From NCBI GenBank assembly GCA_015065065.1, contig SVQX01000004.1, forward strand, positions 9,203-73,202: a stretch of DNA of 64,000 nucleotides, read 5' to 3'. Each line of letters opens with the position of its first letter. The first letter of the stretch is position 1. This document shows positions 56,819 to 64,000 of this stretch, in pieces. The position numbers and the translations under genes were made by a program. The stretch is from Oscillospiraceae bacterium. GTDB taxonomy: Bacteria; Bacillota; Clostridia; Oscillospirales; CAG-272. The notes below the pieces were generated by a model. It saw only the letters and a program-made list of their open reading frames with translations. It had not been told where the DNA came from and made no database searches.

Positions 56819-58228
56819 TCAGAATATTCGTTTTTTGGGACGCTTGCGACGGACAGGCTTTTGAGAATTAAAGCGCTTGCCGTTGACCGAAACGCGCCGT
56901 AAGTAGATTATGATAAGAATTACGAAGCATATAAGCGTTGCCACGAAGGCGCGGCTCTGCAAATACTCTCCAAATCCGTTCATGAACACCAAAAATCCGT
57001 TCTCTCCAAACTCAGTTCCCGCAACGATACGCGCAGAGCCTATAACACATCCGCCAAACGAAACGGTTACTCTGCCCACAGCCTCCCCCTTGGCTATGGG
57101 GGCTGTAAGTGGGGATGAGTCGTAATTGCAGGCGATAGCAAGACGGCTGACATCAAGCGCGCGGGGCATATAAGCCAAGAGATCCTCGCCCGCGAGCATT
57201 TTGCTCTCGCTTTTGCTAATGCCCGTCATAGCGACGGCTTGAGTGTCCAGAATATCTCCCGCCGCATAGACTTTACGGTATGAAAAATTGGAATTTACCC
57301 ACGATAAAAGGGAATTTGTGTAGCGGTAGGTATAATTGATACCCACCTCAGGAAGCTCCTTGCCACCCATAACAACGCATATATTGGACGCGCCGCCCTT
57401 TTCCCAGACGGTAACGGCGCAAAAGCCGCCCTCGTCCGTCGCACCCGCATTCATGCCCCTGCAATAACCGTTGAAGTAGCTTTGATTTGAGCCTGATATG
57501 AGCGCGTTTCTGCTTGTAAAATAACGCTTTTCCGAAAGATTGGTTGCAGGGACGGTGTACTCCTTGGCAGAGCATATCTGCATATAAAGCGAGCTTTTGT
57601 ACGCCTCGCGGGCAAGAATTGCCGTGTCGCGTGCAGAGGTCACCATGGCGTCCTCGTGAAGTCCCGTCGGATTGGTGTAGTTAGTGGAGTCCATGCCAAA
57701 GCTTTCGGCAGTCTTGTTCATGCGCTCAACGAATGCGGCGACCGAGCCGTCGCAAATAGCAGCGATAGCCGTCGCGGCGTCGTTGTATCCGCCGCATATA
57801 AAGCCGAACAGCAGATCCTGTATGCGGATATCCTCGCCCTCCGTCAGCTGCATGCTGCGCCCGTAAGAGCTGGATAGCATGGATGACGTGACGGTCACGC
57901 GCTCTCCAAGGCGGTCGCCAAGCAGCTCGCAGGCGATGAGTCCCGACATTATCTTAACCGTGGACGCGGGGAAGATCACTTTGTCTGCGTTCTTTTGGTG
58001 AAGCACAAAGGCGTTTTCGACGTTATAAAGATATACGGCTCCTACGTTCTCGTCGGTCGGAGTAGGGGGTAACAGCTCCGAAAAGCTACTCATAGCCACA
58101 GAATAGGAGTCGTTGACGTGAACGCTCTCGGCACAAACGCCGAGTACGCCTACAAATATCGCAAACAAAAAAACAATAACGGAAAAAATTTTGAATTTGC
58201 GTTGATATTTAACTGTCAAGCAAATCAC
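56819..58228 (-). CDS. Peptidase S11 (PBP5/DacB-like) D-alanyl-D-alanine carboxypeptidase homolog with a C-terminal TM anchor
   Basis: It has a signal sequence, SxxK as PASTVKIM and an overall PBP5-like alignment. The second and third boxes look non-canonical (see findings). Confidence 0.8.
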   Translation of the reverse strand: MICLTVKYQRKFKIFSVIVFLFAIFVGVLGVCAESVHVNDSYSVAMSSFSELLPPTPTDENVGAVYLYNVENAFVLHQKNADKVIFPASTVKIMSGLIACELLGDRLGERVTVTSSMLSSSYGRSMQLTEGEDIRIQDLLFGFICGGYNDAATAIAAICDGSVAAFVERMNKTAESFGMDSTNYTNPTGLHEDAMVTSARDTAILAREAYKSSLYMQICSAKEYTVPATNLSEKRYFTSRNALISGSNQSYFNGYCRGMNAGATDEGGFCAVTVWEKGGASNICVVMGGKELPEVGINYTYRYTNSLLSWVNSNFSYRKVYAAGDILDTQAVAMTGISKSESKMLAGEDLLAYMPRALDVSRLAIACNYDSSPLTAPIAKGEAVGRVTVSFGGCVIGSARIVAGTEFGENGFLVFMNGFGEYLQSRAFVATLICFVILIIIYLRRVSVNGKRFNSQKPVRRKRPKKRIF

Positions 58229-58252
58229 CGTCCTCCGTTATTGTTTTAAAGG

Positions 58253-59236
58253 CTACACTTTTTTAAAAATTTCCTGCGCGCGCACAGTGTCGCGTGAAAT
58301 GGCAAGCTTTAATTCGTGGATATCTGAAAATTTGATCTCATCACGCAGCCGCTCGATAAACTCCACCCTTACCGACTCGCCGTAGAGATCACCAGAAAAG
58401 CCGATAACGTAGGTCTCGCAGTTGACTATTCCGTCGCCGTCTACCGTCGGTCGGACTCCTACGTTGGAAACTGCGGGAAAGCTGCCTTTATCCGTGCGAC
58501 AGAGTGTGGCATACACCCCGCATCTCGGAATGACCGCGTCGTCGCGGAAGTTCTGATTGGCTGTAGGGAATCCAAGACTGCGCCCTAAGTGCTTTCCGTC
58601 AACCACGGGCGCGTCAATAAAATATCTATATCCCAAAAGGCGATTTGCCGTCTGTACGTTGCCCTCCGCTATCAAAGCGCGAATGCTTGTGGAGCTGACA
58701 TCAACGCCGCCCAAGGATATTTTCGGAACTACAGTAAGCGTGAAATCCTTACAGTCCGAAAAGTATTCACCAATAAAATCGGGCGTGCCCTTTGCAAATT
58801 TGCCGAAGCTGTAATTATAGCCGCACACGATACCGCGGCAAGCGCAGCCGTCGTACAAAAGGCGGAGAAAATCGGCAGGCGACAGCTCGCGCACGTCCTC
58901 AAAGTCGCAAACAGCGACAAAATCCAGCCCTGCCTCGCAAAACATTTTCAGCTTGTCCTCAAGGGTGGTGAGGTGAAGCTTTTTTTGTCCCTCAAACGGG
59001 GGAAAATAGTCGCATGAGGGGGAGCGGAATATAAAAGCGCCGCACAGGCACTCGGAGTGAGCATCAGAGCGTCGCTTCTTTTCATTTATACCTTCTTTAA
59101 TCAGCCGTTTGTGAGCGATATGCACACCGTCAAAATTGCCAAGACAGTAGACGGCGGCGGTCGGCTTGTCCACTTGCGTGAAGGTGCTATTTTCCAATCG
59201 CACGAAGGAAATTTTGGGGAAACGTGTATCAGTCAT
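58253..59236 (-). CDS. ribF: Bifunctional riboflavin kinase / FMN adenylyltransferase
   Basis: Motifs LGNFDGVHIAH, the GFPTAN kinase region and the E..IR.E..F C-terminus are present. The start MTDTRF overlaps the upstream stop (ATGACTGA). Confidence 0.88.
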   Translation of the reverse strand: MTDTRFPKISFVRLENSTFTQVDKPTAAVYCLGNFDGVHIAHKRLIKEGINEKKRRSDAHSECLCGAFIFRSPSCDYFPPFEGQKKLHLTTLEDKLKMFCEAGLDFVAVCDFEDVRELSPADFLRLLYDGCACRGIVCGYNYSFGKFAKGTPDFIGEYFSDCKDFTLTVVPKISLGGVDVSSTSIRALIAEGNVQTANRLLGYRYFIDAPVVDGKHLGRSLGFPTANQNFRDDAVIPRCGVYATLCRTDKGSFPAVSNVGVRPTVDGDGIVNCETYVIGFSGDLYGESVRVEFIERLRDEIKFSDIHELKLAISRDTVRAQEIFKKV

Positions 59237-59573
59237 CGCCGTGCATTTCCTCGCTAAAGAAATCCTCAAGAAGGGCAAAGAGAAGCTTGTCCCGTCCTGC
59301 CTTGCAAGCAAGCGTGCGTGCGTTTTTGTAGTCGGGAATATAGGTTGGCTCCTCGGTAATCACAAATCCCGAAAGCTGTGCCACTGGGTCCATGCCTTTT
59401 TCCGCAATGAGTCTGTAAAGCTCGTGAAGCGTTTCCTTTGGAGTGAGCCCCTCCTCAATTTTGGTCACGGAGGTGTTGCCGTCCACGTCAGGCACGTCGA
59501 GCTGACAGATATCGTTAGGTCTTGCATCATTTGCGTGCAGATTAAGGTAAAGTATCTTGCCGTTGTCCGCCAT
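59229..59573 (-). CDS. ireB: IreB-family (UPF0297/DUF965) regulatory phosphoprotein
   Basis: The sequence EKGMDPVAQLSGFVITEEPTYIPDYKNARTLACKAGRDKLLFALLEDFF matches the IreB core. The start at 59573 lies after GGAGG. Confidence 0.7.
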   Translation of the reverse strand: MADNGKILYLNLHANDARPNDICQLDVPDVDGNTSVTKIEEGLTPKETLHELYRLIAEKGMDPVAQLSGFVITEEPTYIPDYKNARTLACKAGRDKLLFALLEDFFSEEMHGDD

Positions 59574-59623
59574 AACGTCCTCCGTTTTAAAAATTTTGCC
59601 TGTTGCAAGCAATACATACTACT

Positions 59624-59652
59624 ATTATACATTATTTGTCGAAGCATTTCAA
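59624..59652 (-). promoter_or_regulatory. Sigma-A type promoter of the ireB-ribF-dac-lytTR unit
   Basis: On the minus strand it reads TTGAAA, a 17-nt spacer, then TATAAT. Confidence 0.65.
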
Positions 59653-59767
59653 GGGCTGTAAATAATTGTTTACAATTTTTTGAACATTTATTTTCGCTGC
59701 ACGCGGTTAATAGAGAGACGGGAGGCGAAAAAATTTTAAAAAAAGTCAAAAAAATTGAAAAAAGGTA

Positions 59768-59796
59768 TTGCAAAATAAAAAGAAGTGTGGTATAAT
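59768..59796 (+). promoter_or_regulatory. Sigma-A type promoter of rplS
   Basis: It has TTGCAA, a 17-nt spacer and TGgTATAAT. Confidence 0.75.
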
Positions 59797-59802
59797 ACTC
59801 AA

Positions 59803-59882
59803 GTATGTTGCGGCGTGCCGCAACAGCGTATCACGGGTGGTCCGCTGCATGCTCGCATGAACACCTGATTATTAGGAGGGTC
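59803..59882 (+). promoter_or_regulatory. Candidate L19 autoregulatory leader
   Basis: An ~80-nt leader carries an 8-bp hairpin gttgcggc/gccgcaac (59808-59825) ahead of the AGGAGGG RBS. The position is typical of the Firmicutes L19 leader. Confidence 0.4.
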
Positions 59883-60230
59883 ATGATGGATTTGATCAAG
59901 GCTTTTACAAACGAGCAGCTCAAAAGTGAGGTTCCCCAGTTCAATATCGGCGACACCGTTCGCGTTGAGAACAAGATCAAAGAGGGAACAAGAGAGAGAA
60001 TTCAGATGTTTGAAGGAACCGTTATTGCGAAGCATGGCGGCGGAATCTCCGAGACCTTCACCGTAAGACGTATTACTTACGGTTGCGGCGTTGAGAAGAC
60101 TTTCCCCCTGCATTCCCCCAACGTAGCAGGTATTACTGTTGTTCGTGCGGGTAAGGTTCGCCGTGCGAAGCTGTACTATCTGCGCGACAGAGTTGGTAAG
60201 GCTTCCAAGGTTAAGGCTCAGATGAACTGA
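59883..60230 (+). CDS. rplS: 50S ribosomal protein L19
   Basis: The sequence [24 protein letters not shown] is typical L19. Confidence 0.95.
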   Translation: MMDLIKAFTNEQLKSEVPQFNIGDTVRVENKIKEGTRERIQMFEGTVIAKHGGGISETFTVRRITYGCGVEKTFPLHSPNVAGITVVRAGKVRRAKLYYLRDRVGKASKVKAQMN

Positions 60231-60249
60231 TTTTCATTCTTAAATAAAT

Positions 60250-60282
60250 GCCCATCCGATTATCGGGTGGGCGTTTATTTTT
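60250..60282 (+). terminator. rplS terminator
   Basis: The stem gcccatccg/cgggtgggc (one G-U pair) is followed by gtttattttt. Confidence 0.75.
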
Positions 60283-60286
60283 ACTA

Positions 60287-60323
60287 ATAAAAACGTACCG
60301 CCGCGAGTTAACTCGCGGCGGTA
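60287..60323 (-). terminator. gpmI terminator
   Basis: A 13-bp palindromic stem taccgccgcgagt/actcgcggcggta has a minus-strand T-run. Confidence 0.75.
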
Positions 60324-60335
60324 TTATTATATGCG

Positions 60336-61994
60336 TCAAAACTCAATAATGGACTCATCCCACATATCGGGTGCTTCGTAGCCCATGAGATTTACCATAG
60401 TAGCGGCAACGTTGGAAAGACCGAAGCTGCCGTTGTCAGTCTTTACCTTGTATGCGTTCTTTGCATCCGTGTTGTCGTAGATGATGCAGGGAACGGGATT
60501 GAGCGTGTGGCTGGTCTTTGCCTTGAACTTACCGTCCTTGCCTGCTTTGGGCTGGGCAGTCTTTTTGTCCATCTCGTACATCTCGTCTGCGTTTCCGTGG
60601 TCGGCGGTGATAAGAGCCACGCCGCCAAGCTTATCAACGACTGCAAGGATTCGTGCAAGCTGAAGGTCAAGTGCCTCCATAGAGCAACGGGTAGCTGCAA
60701 GCGAGCCTGTGTGACCTACCATGTCGCCGTTGGGGAAGTTAACGCGGTAGTAGCGGTACTCGCCCTTCTCCAGCTCCTCGATAAGTCTGTCGGTGATCTC
60801 GGCGCACTTCATCCAAGGGCGCTGCTCGAAGGGAACGACGTCGGAGGGAATCTCAACGTAGGTTTCAAGCTCCTCGGAGAACTTGCCAGACTTATTACCG
60901 TTCCAGAAGTAGGTAACGTGACCGAACTTCTGCGTTTCGGACATGGCAAACTGACGCACGCCGGTGTTAGCCAGATACTCGCTCATGGTATTGGTGATCT
61001 CAGGGGGATTTACAAGGAACTTGGAGGGAATGTGGAGGTCGCCGTCATATTCCAGCATACCTGCATATACTACCTTGGGGTAGCGCACTCTGTCAAACTT
61101 GTCAAACTCTCCTGCGGGCGTGTCAAACGCCTTGGAGATCTCAATGGAGCGATCGCCGCGGAAGTTAAAGAAAATAACGCTGTCGCCGTCGTTGACAGTG
61201 CCTACTGCCTCGCCGTCCTTTGCAATAACGAAGGGAGGGAGATCCTGGTCGATAACGTGGTATTCCTCGCGGTAAGCCTTAACTGCGTCAGCGGCAGAAG
61301 CAAATTTGCGTCCCTCGCCAAGCACGTGAGTCTTCCAGCCAAGCTCAACCATGGACCAGTCGGCCTCGTAGCGGTCCATAGTGACCTTCATACGTCCGCC
61401 GCCCGAGGCTATGCAAACGTCGAAGTCGGGTGCGCGAAGCTCGCTCATAAATTCCTCGAAGGGAAGGATATAATCAAGCGCGGAGGTCTCGCCTACGTCA
61501 CGTCCGTCAATAAGAATGTGGATACGCACACGATTAACGCCCTCAGCCTTTGCCTGCTTTACCATAGCCTTGAGGTGGTCGATGTGGGAGTGAACGTTAC
61601 CGTCGGAGAAAAGTCCGAGGAAATGGAGAGTGGAATTATTGCTCTTTACGTTTGCCACAAGCTCGCACCAGGTGGAGGAAGCAAACATCTTGCCCGACTC
61701 GATAGAGTTGGAAACGAGCTTTGCGCCCTGTGCGAATACCTGACCTGCACCGAGGGCATTGTGACCTACCTCACTGTTACCCATGTCGTCGTCGCTGGGC
61801 AGACCGACGGCAGTGCCGTGAGCCTTGAGCGAAACCATGGGGTAGTTAGCCATCAGCATATCGAGGGTAGGAGTGTAAGCAGCTGCTACTGCATTGGAAA
61901 CGGTATCGGGCGCAAGTCCCACACCGTCCATAACGACAGTGAGAACGGGACCCTTTACTCCGTCAAAACCGTTGATATTATTAAGCTTATTCAT
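60336..61994 (-). CDS. gpmI: 2,3-bisphosphoglycerate-independent phosphoglycerate mutase (long, ~550-aa form; alternative start 62000)
   Basis: It has the catalytic Ser region MGNSEVGHNALGAG and metal-binding ITADHGNA. The second ATG has better spacing to AAGGAG. Confidence 0.9.
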   Translation of the reverse strand: MNKLNNINGFDGVKGPVLTVVMDGVGLAPDTVSNAVAAAYTPTLDMLMANYPMVSLKAHGTAVGLPSDDDMGNSEVGHNALGAGQVFAQGAKLVSNSIESGKMFASSTWCELVANVKSNNSTLHFLGLFSDGNVHSHIDHLKAMVKQAKAEGVNRVRIHILIDGRDVGETSALDYILPFEEFMSELRAPDFDVCIASGGGRMKVTMDRYEADWSMVELGWKTHVLGEGRKFASAADAVKAYREEYHVIDQDLPPFVIAKDGEAVGTVNDGDSVIFFNFRGDRSIEISKAFDTPAGEFDKFDRVRYPKVVYAGMLEYDGDLHIPSKFLVNPPEITNTMSEYLANTGVRQFAMSETQKFGHVTYFWNGNKSGKFSEELETYVEIPSDVVPFEQRPWMKCAEITDRLIEELEKGEYRYYRVNFPNGDMVGHTGSLAATRCSMEALDLQLARILAVVDKLGGVALITADHGNADEMYEMDKKTAQPKAGKDGKFKAKTSHTLNPVPCIIYDNTDAKNAYKVKTDNGSFGLSNVAATMVNLMGYEAPDMWDESIIEF

Positions 61995-62013
61995 ATTCAT
62001 ATCTCCTTTTTAA

Positions 62014-63258
62014 TCAGTAAAGAGGATGCTTTGCGCAAAGCTCGGCAACGACTCTGCGGCACTCGTCGGCAGAGCTTTCAAAGTCGGTAGCCACCAGCTT
62101 AAAGAGGTGAGCGATGACCTTCATATCCTCGGCATCAAAGCCGCGGGTGGTAGCCGCCGCAGTACCTACGCGGATACCCGAGGTGACAAATGGCTTCTCG
62201 GGGTCGTTGGGGATAGCATTCTTGTTAACGGTGATGTGTACCTCGTCAAGACGCTTTTCCATTTCCTTGCCCGTAATGTTCATGGGGCGCAGGTCAACGA
62301 GGGCGAGGTGGTTGTCCGTTCCGCCTGAAACGAGGTCAAAGCCTTCAGCGGCAAGCGCGTTTGCGAGCGCCTTGCAGTTGACGACGACCTTGTGCTGATA
62401 CTCCTTGAATTCGGGCTTGAGAGCCTCGCCGAAGCAAACAGCCTTAGCCGCGATAACGTGGAGCAGAGGGCCGCCCTGAATACCGGGGAATATAGCCTTG
62501 TTTATCTTCTTGGCTATCTCCTCGTCGTTGCAGAGAATAAGACCGCCTCTGGGACCGCGGAGAGTCTTGTGAGTGGTAGTGGTCACAACGTCAGCGTAGG
62601 GAACGGGGGAGGGATGCTCGCCTGTCGCTACAAGCCCCGCAATATGCGCCATATCTACCATAAGGTATGCACCGACGGAGTGAGCGATATTCGCCAGCCG
62701 CTCAAAATCAATAACGCGAGGGTATGCAGATGCGCCCGCTACGAGCAGCTTGGGACGTACGGTCTTGACCTGCTCCTCCAGCTTGTCGTAGTTAATGGTG
62801 TGAGTGTCATCCTCCACACCGTAGGAAACGAAATTATAGTAAATACCCGAAAGGTTAACAGGGCTTCCGTGGGTGAGATGTCCGCCGTGAGCAAGACTCA
62901 TTCCCATAACAGTATCACCGGGCTGAAGGAGAGCAACGTAAACGGCTGTGTTAGCCTGCGAGCCGCTGTGGGGCTGCACGTTTGCGTAGCCGGCGCCGAA
63001 AAGCTGCTTTGCACGCTCGATAGCGATATTTTCCACCACGTCAACGCACTGACATCCTCCGTAGTAGCGCTTTGCGGGGTAGCCCTCAGCATATTTGTTG
63101 GTAAGTATGCTTCCCGTCGCAGCCAGCACAGCCGTCGATACGAAGTTTTCGGATGCGATAAGCTCGATGCCGTCGCACTCGCGCTTGTACTCGGCATCAA
63201 TAGCCGACGCGACCTCCTCGTCAAAGGAAGCAAGATACTGATTTAATTCTTTAACCAT
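62014..63258 (-). CDS. glyA: Serine hydroxymethyltransferase
   Basis: It has the PLP-lysine motif [15 protein letters not shown] and the typical N-terminus. Confidence 0.95.
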   Translation of the reverse strand: MVKELNQYLASFDEEVASAIDAEYKRECDGIELIASENFVSTAVLAATGSILTNKYAEGYPAKRYYGGCQCVDVVENIAIERAKQLFGAGYANVQPHSGSQANTAVYVALLQPGDTVMGMSLAHGGHLTHGSPVNLSGIYYNFVSYGVEDDTHTINYDKLEEQVKTVRPKLLVAGASAYPRVIDFERLANIAHSVGAYLMVDMAHIAGLVATGEHPSPVPYADVVTTTTHKTLRGPRGGLILCNDEEIAKKINKAIFPGIQGGPLLHVIAAKAVCFGEALKPEFKEYQHKVVVNCKALANALAAEGFDLVSGGTDNHLALVDLRPMNITGKEMEKRLDEVHITVNKNAIPNDPEKPFVTSGIRVGTAAATTRGFDAEDMKVIAHLFKLVATDFESSADECRRVVAELCAKHPLY

Positions 63259-63404
63259 GGGATTTACCGTTCCTTTCAGTAGTCATATTGCGAGAATGTA
63301 TCTATAATACATCTATAATAATATATTATACTACATTTTTCCCCGTCTGCCAAGTAAACAAATATACAAAAATAAAAAAGTTTTGAAAATTATTGTATAT
63401 ATCA

Positions 63405-63433
63405 TTGACAAAAAGCTGCTTTTGTGATATAAT
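63405..63433 (+). promoter_or_regulatory. Consensus sigma-A promoter
   Basis: It has TTGACA, a 17-nt spacer and TGaTATAAT. Confidence 0.75.
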
Positions 63434-63507
63434 GAGCTAAAGTTTGAGGCATGCGAGTTTGCGCTTGGCTCAAGCTGTGACACTAAAACGTTAGAGAGGG
63501 GTATTTA

Positions 63508-63948
63508 ATGGAGATTGCGATCATTGCACACGACTTGAAAAAAGAGCTGGTCACCCAGTTTTGTATTGCATACTGCGGCATTTTGAGCAAGCACAATCTT
63601 TGCGCTACGAATATTACCGCTAAATATATTTCCGAGGCGACAGGTCTTGAAATAGAAAAGCTGCTTGCGGGCGAACAGGGCGGCGAACAGCAGATAGCGT
63701 CGCGTATCGCCTATAATGAGATCGATATTCTCCTTTATTTCAGAGATACCCGTCCCACTGCGGGCTATGACGAGACCGAGCATGAGCTGCTCCGTATGTG
63801 CGACCTTTACAATATCCCTGTTGCTACAAATATCGCAACGGCAGAGGTGCTTGTCATGGCGCTTGACCGCGGCGACCTTGATTGGCGTGAGGTCATGAAT
63901 CCCCGTTCCGAGTACAACAGAAAGAAGAACGCAGGAGCAAGCTTCTGA
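63508..63948 (+). CDS. Methylglyoxal synthase-like (MGS-fold) protein with divergent active-site residues
   Basis: It is colinear with MgsA (IAIIAHDLKK..., NIPVATNIATAE). The GTTG, SGPxGGD and PHDPD boxes are altered (see findings). Confidence 0.7.
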   Translation: MEIAIIAHDLKKELVTQFCIAYCGILSKHNLCATNITAKYISEATGLEIEKLLAGEQGGEQQIASRIAYNEIDILLYFRDTRPTAGYDETEHELLRMCDLYNIPVATNIATAEVLVMALDRGDLDWREVMNPRSEYNRKKNAGASF

Positions 63949-64000
63949 TAACTTAATATGCCTTTGATGCAAAATGCCGCTACGGGTGGCGTTTTGCGGA

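Noticed and set aside
59237-59800. An FMN riboswitch might be expected upstream of ribF.
   Set aside because: The ribF start overlaps the ireB stop, so there is no leader. The ireB 5' region is about 45 nt and lacks the conserved FMN-element sequences. FMN riboswitches normally control rib biosynthesis or transport genes rather than ribF.

Overview
The window looks like a densely packed chromosomal core region of a Firmicutes (Clostridia-like) genome. That assignment is inferred from sigma-A type TTGACA/TATAAT promoters, GGAGG ribosome-binding sites and Bacillus-like gene order. I call about 55 protein genes, mostly on the + strand. Several textbook conserved blocks are present: infC-rpmI-rplT with an L20-type leader, dprA-topA-trmFO, plsX / rnc-smc-ftsY, yhbY-nadD-yqeK-rsfS, secA, pcrA, and rplS with a leader, plus gpmI and glyA. 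Accessory-looking genes are three tandem M42 peptidases, two tandem GH28-like beta-helix paralogs with an SGNH hydrolase, an OmpR-type response regulator next to an HtrA protease, a 1134-aa surface protein, a fused Wzz/BY-kinase with its PHP phosphatase, and several unknown membrane proteins. I see no rRNA, tRNA, CRISPR array, transposase, integrase or prophage genes. The most unusual stretch is the 944-bp non-coding gap between pcrA and ogg (40534-41477), the largest gap in the window. It holds a 208-nt direct repeat with a paper-foldable RNA-like core, a perfect 37-bp inverted repeat flanking 465 bp, and at least six stable hairpins, two of which differ by compensatory changes. Other points worth a second look are an unannotated 56-aa Asn/Gln-rich micro-ORF built on a hexanucleotide repeat, a 17-residue tyrosine-periodic repeat in the surface protein, a PBP5-like protein and an MgsA-like protein that both seem to lack canonical catalytic motifs, and a receiver-less LytTR regulator followed by a 45-aa membrane micro-ORF. 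All calls come from reading the sequence and ORF translations by eye and from remembered family motifs. No database search or folding program was run.
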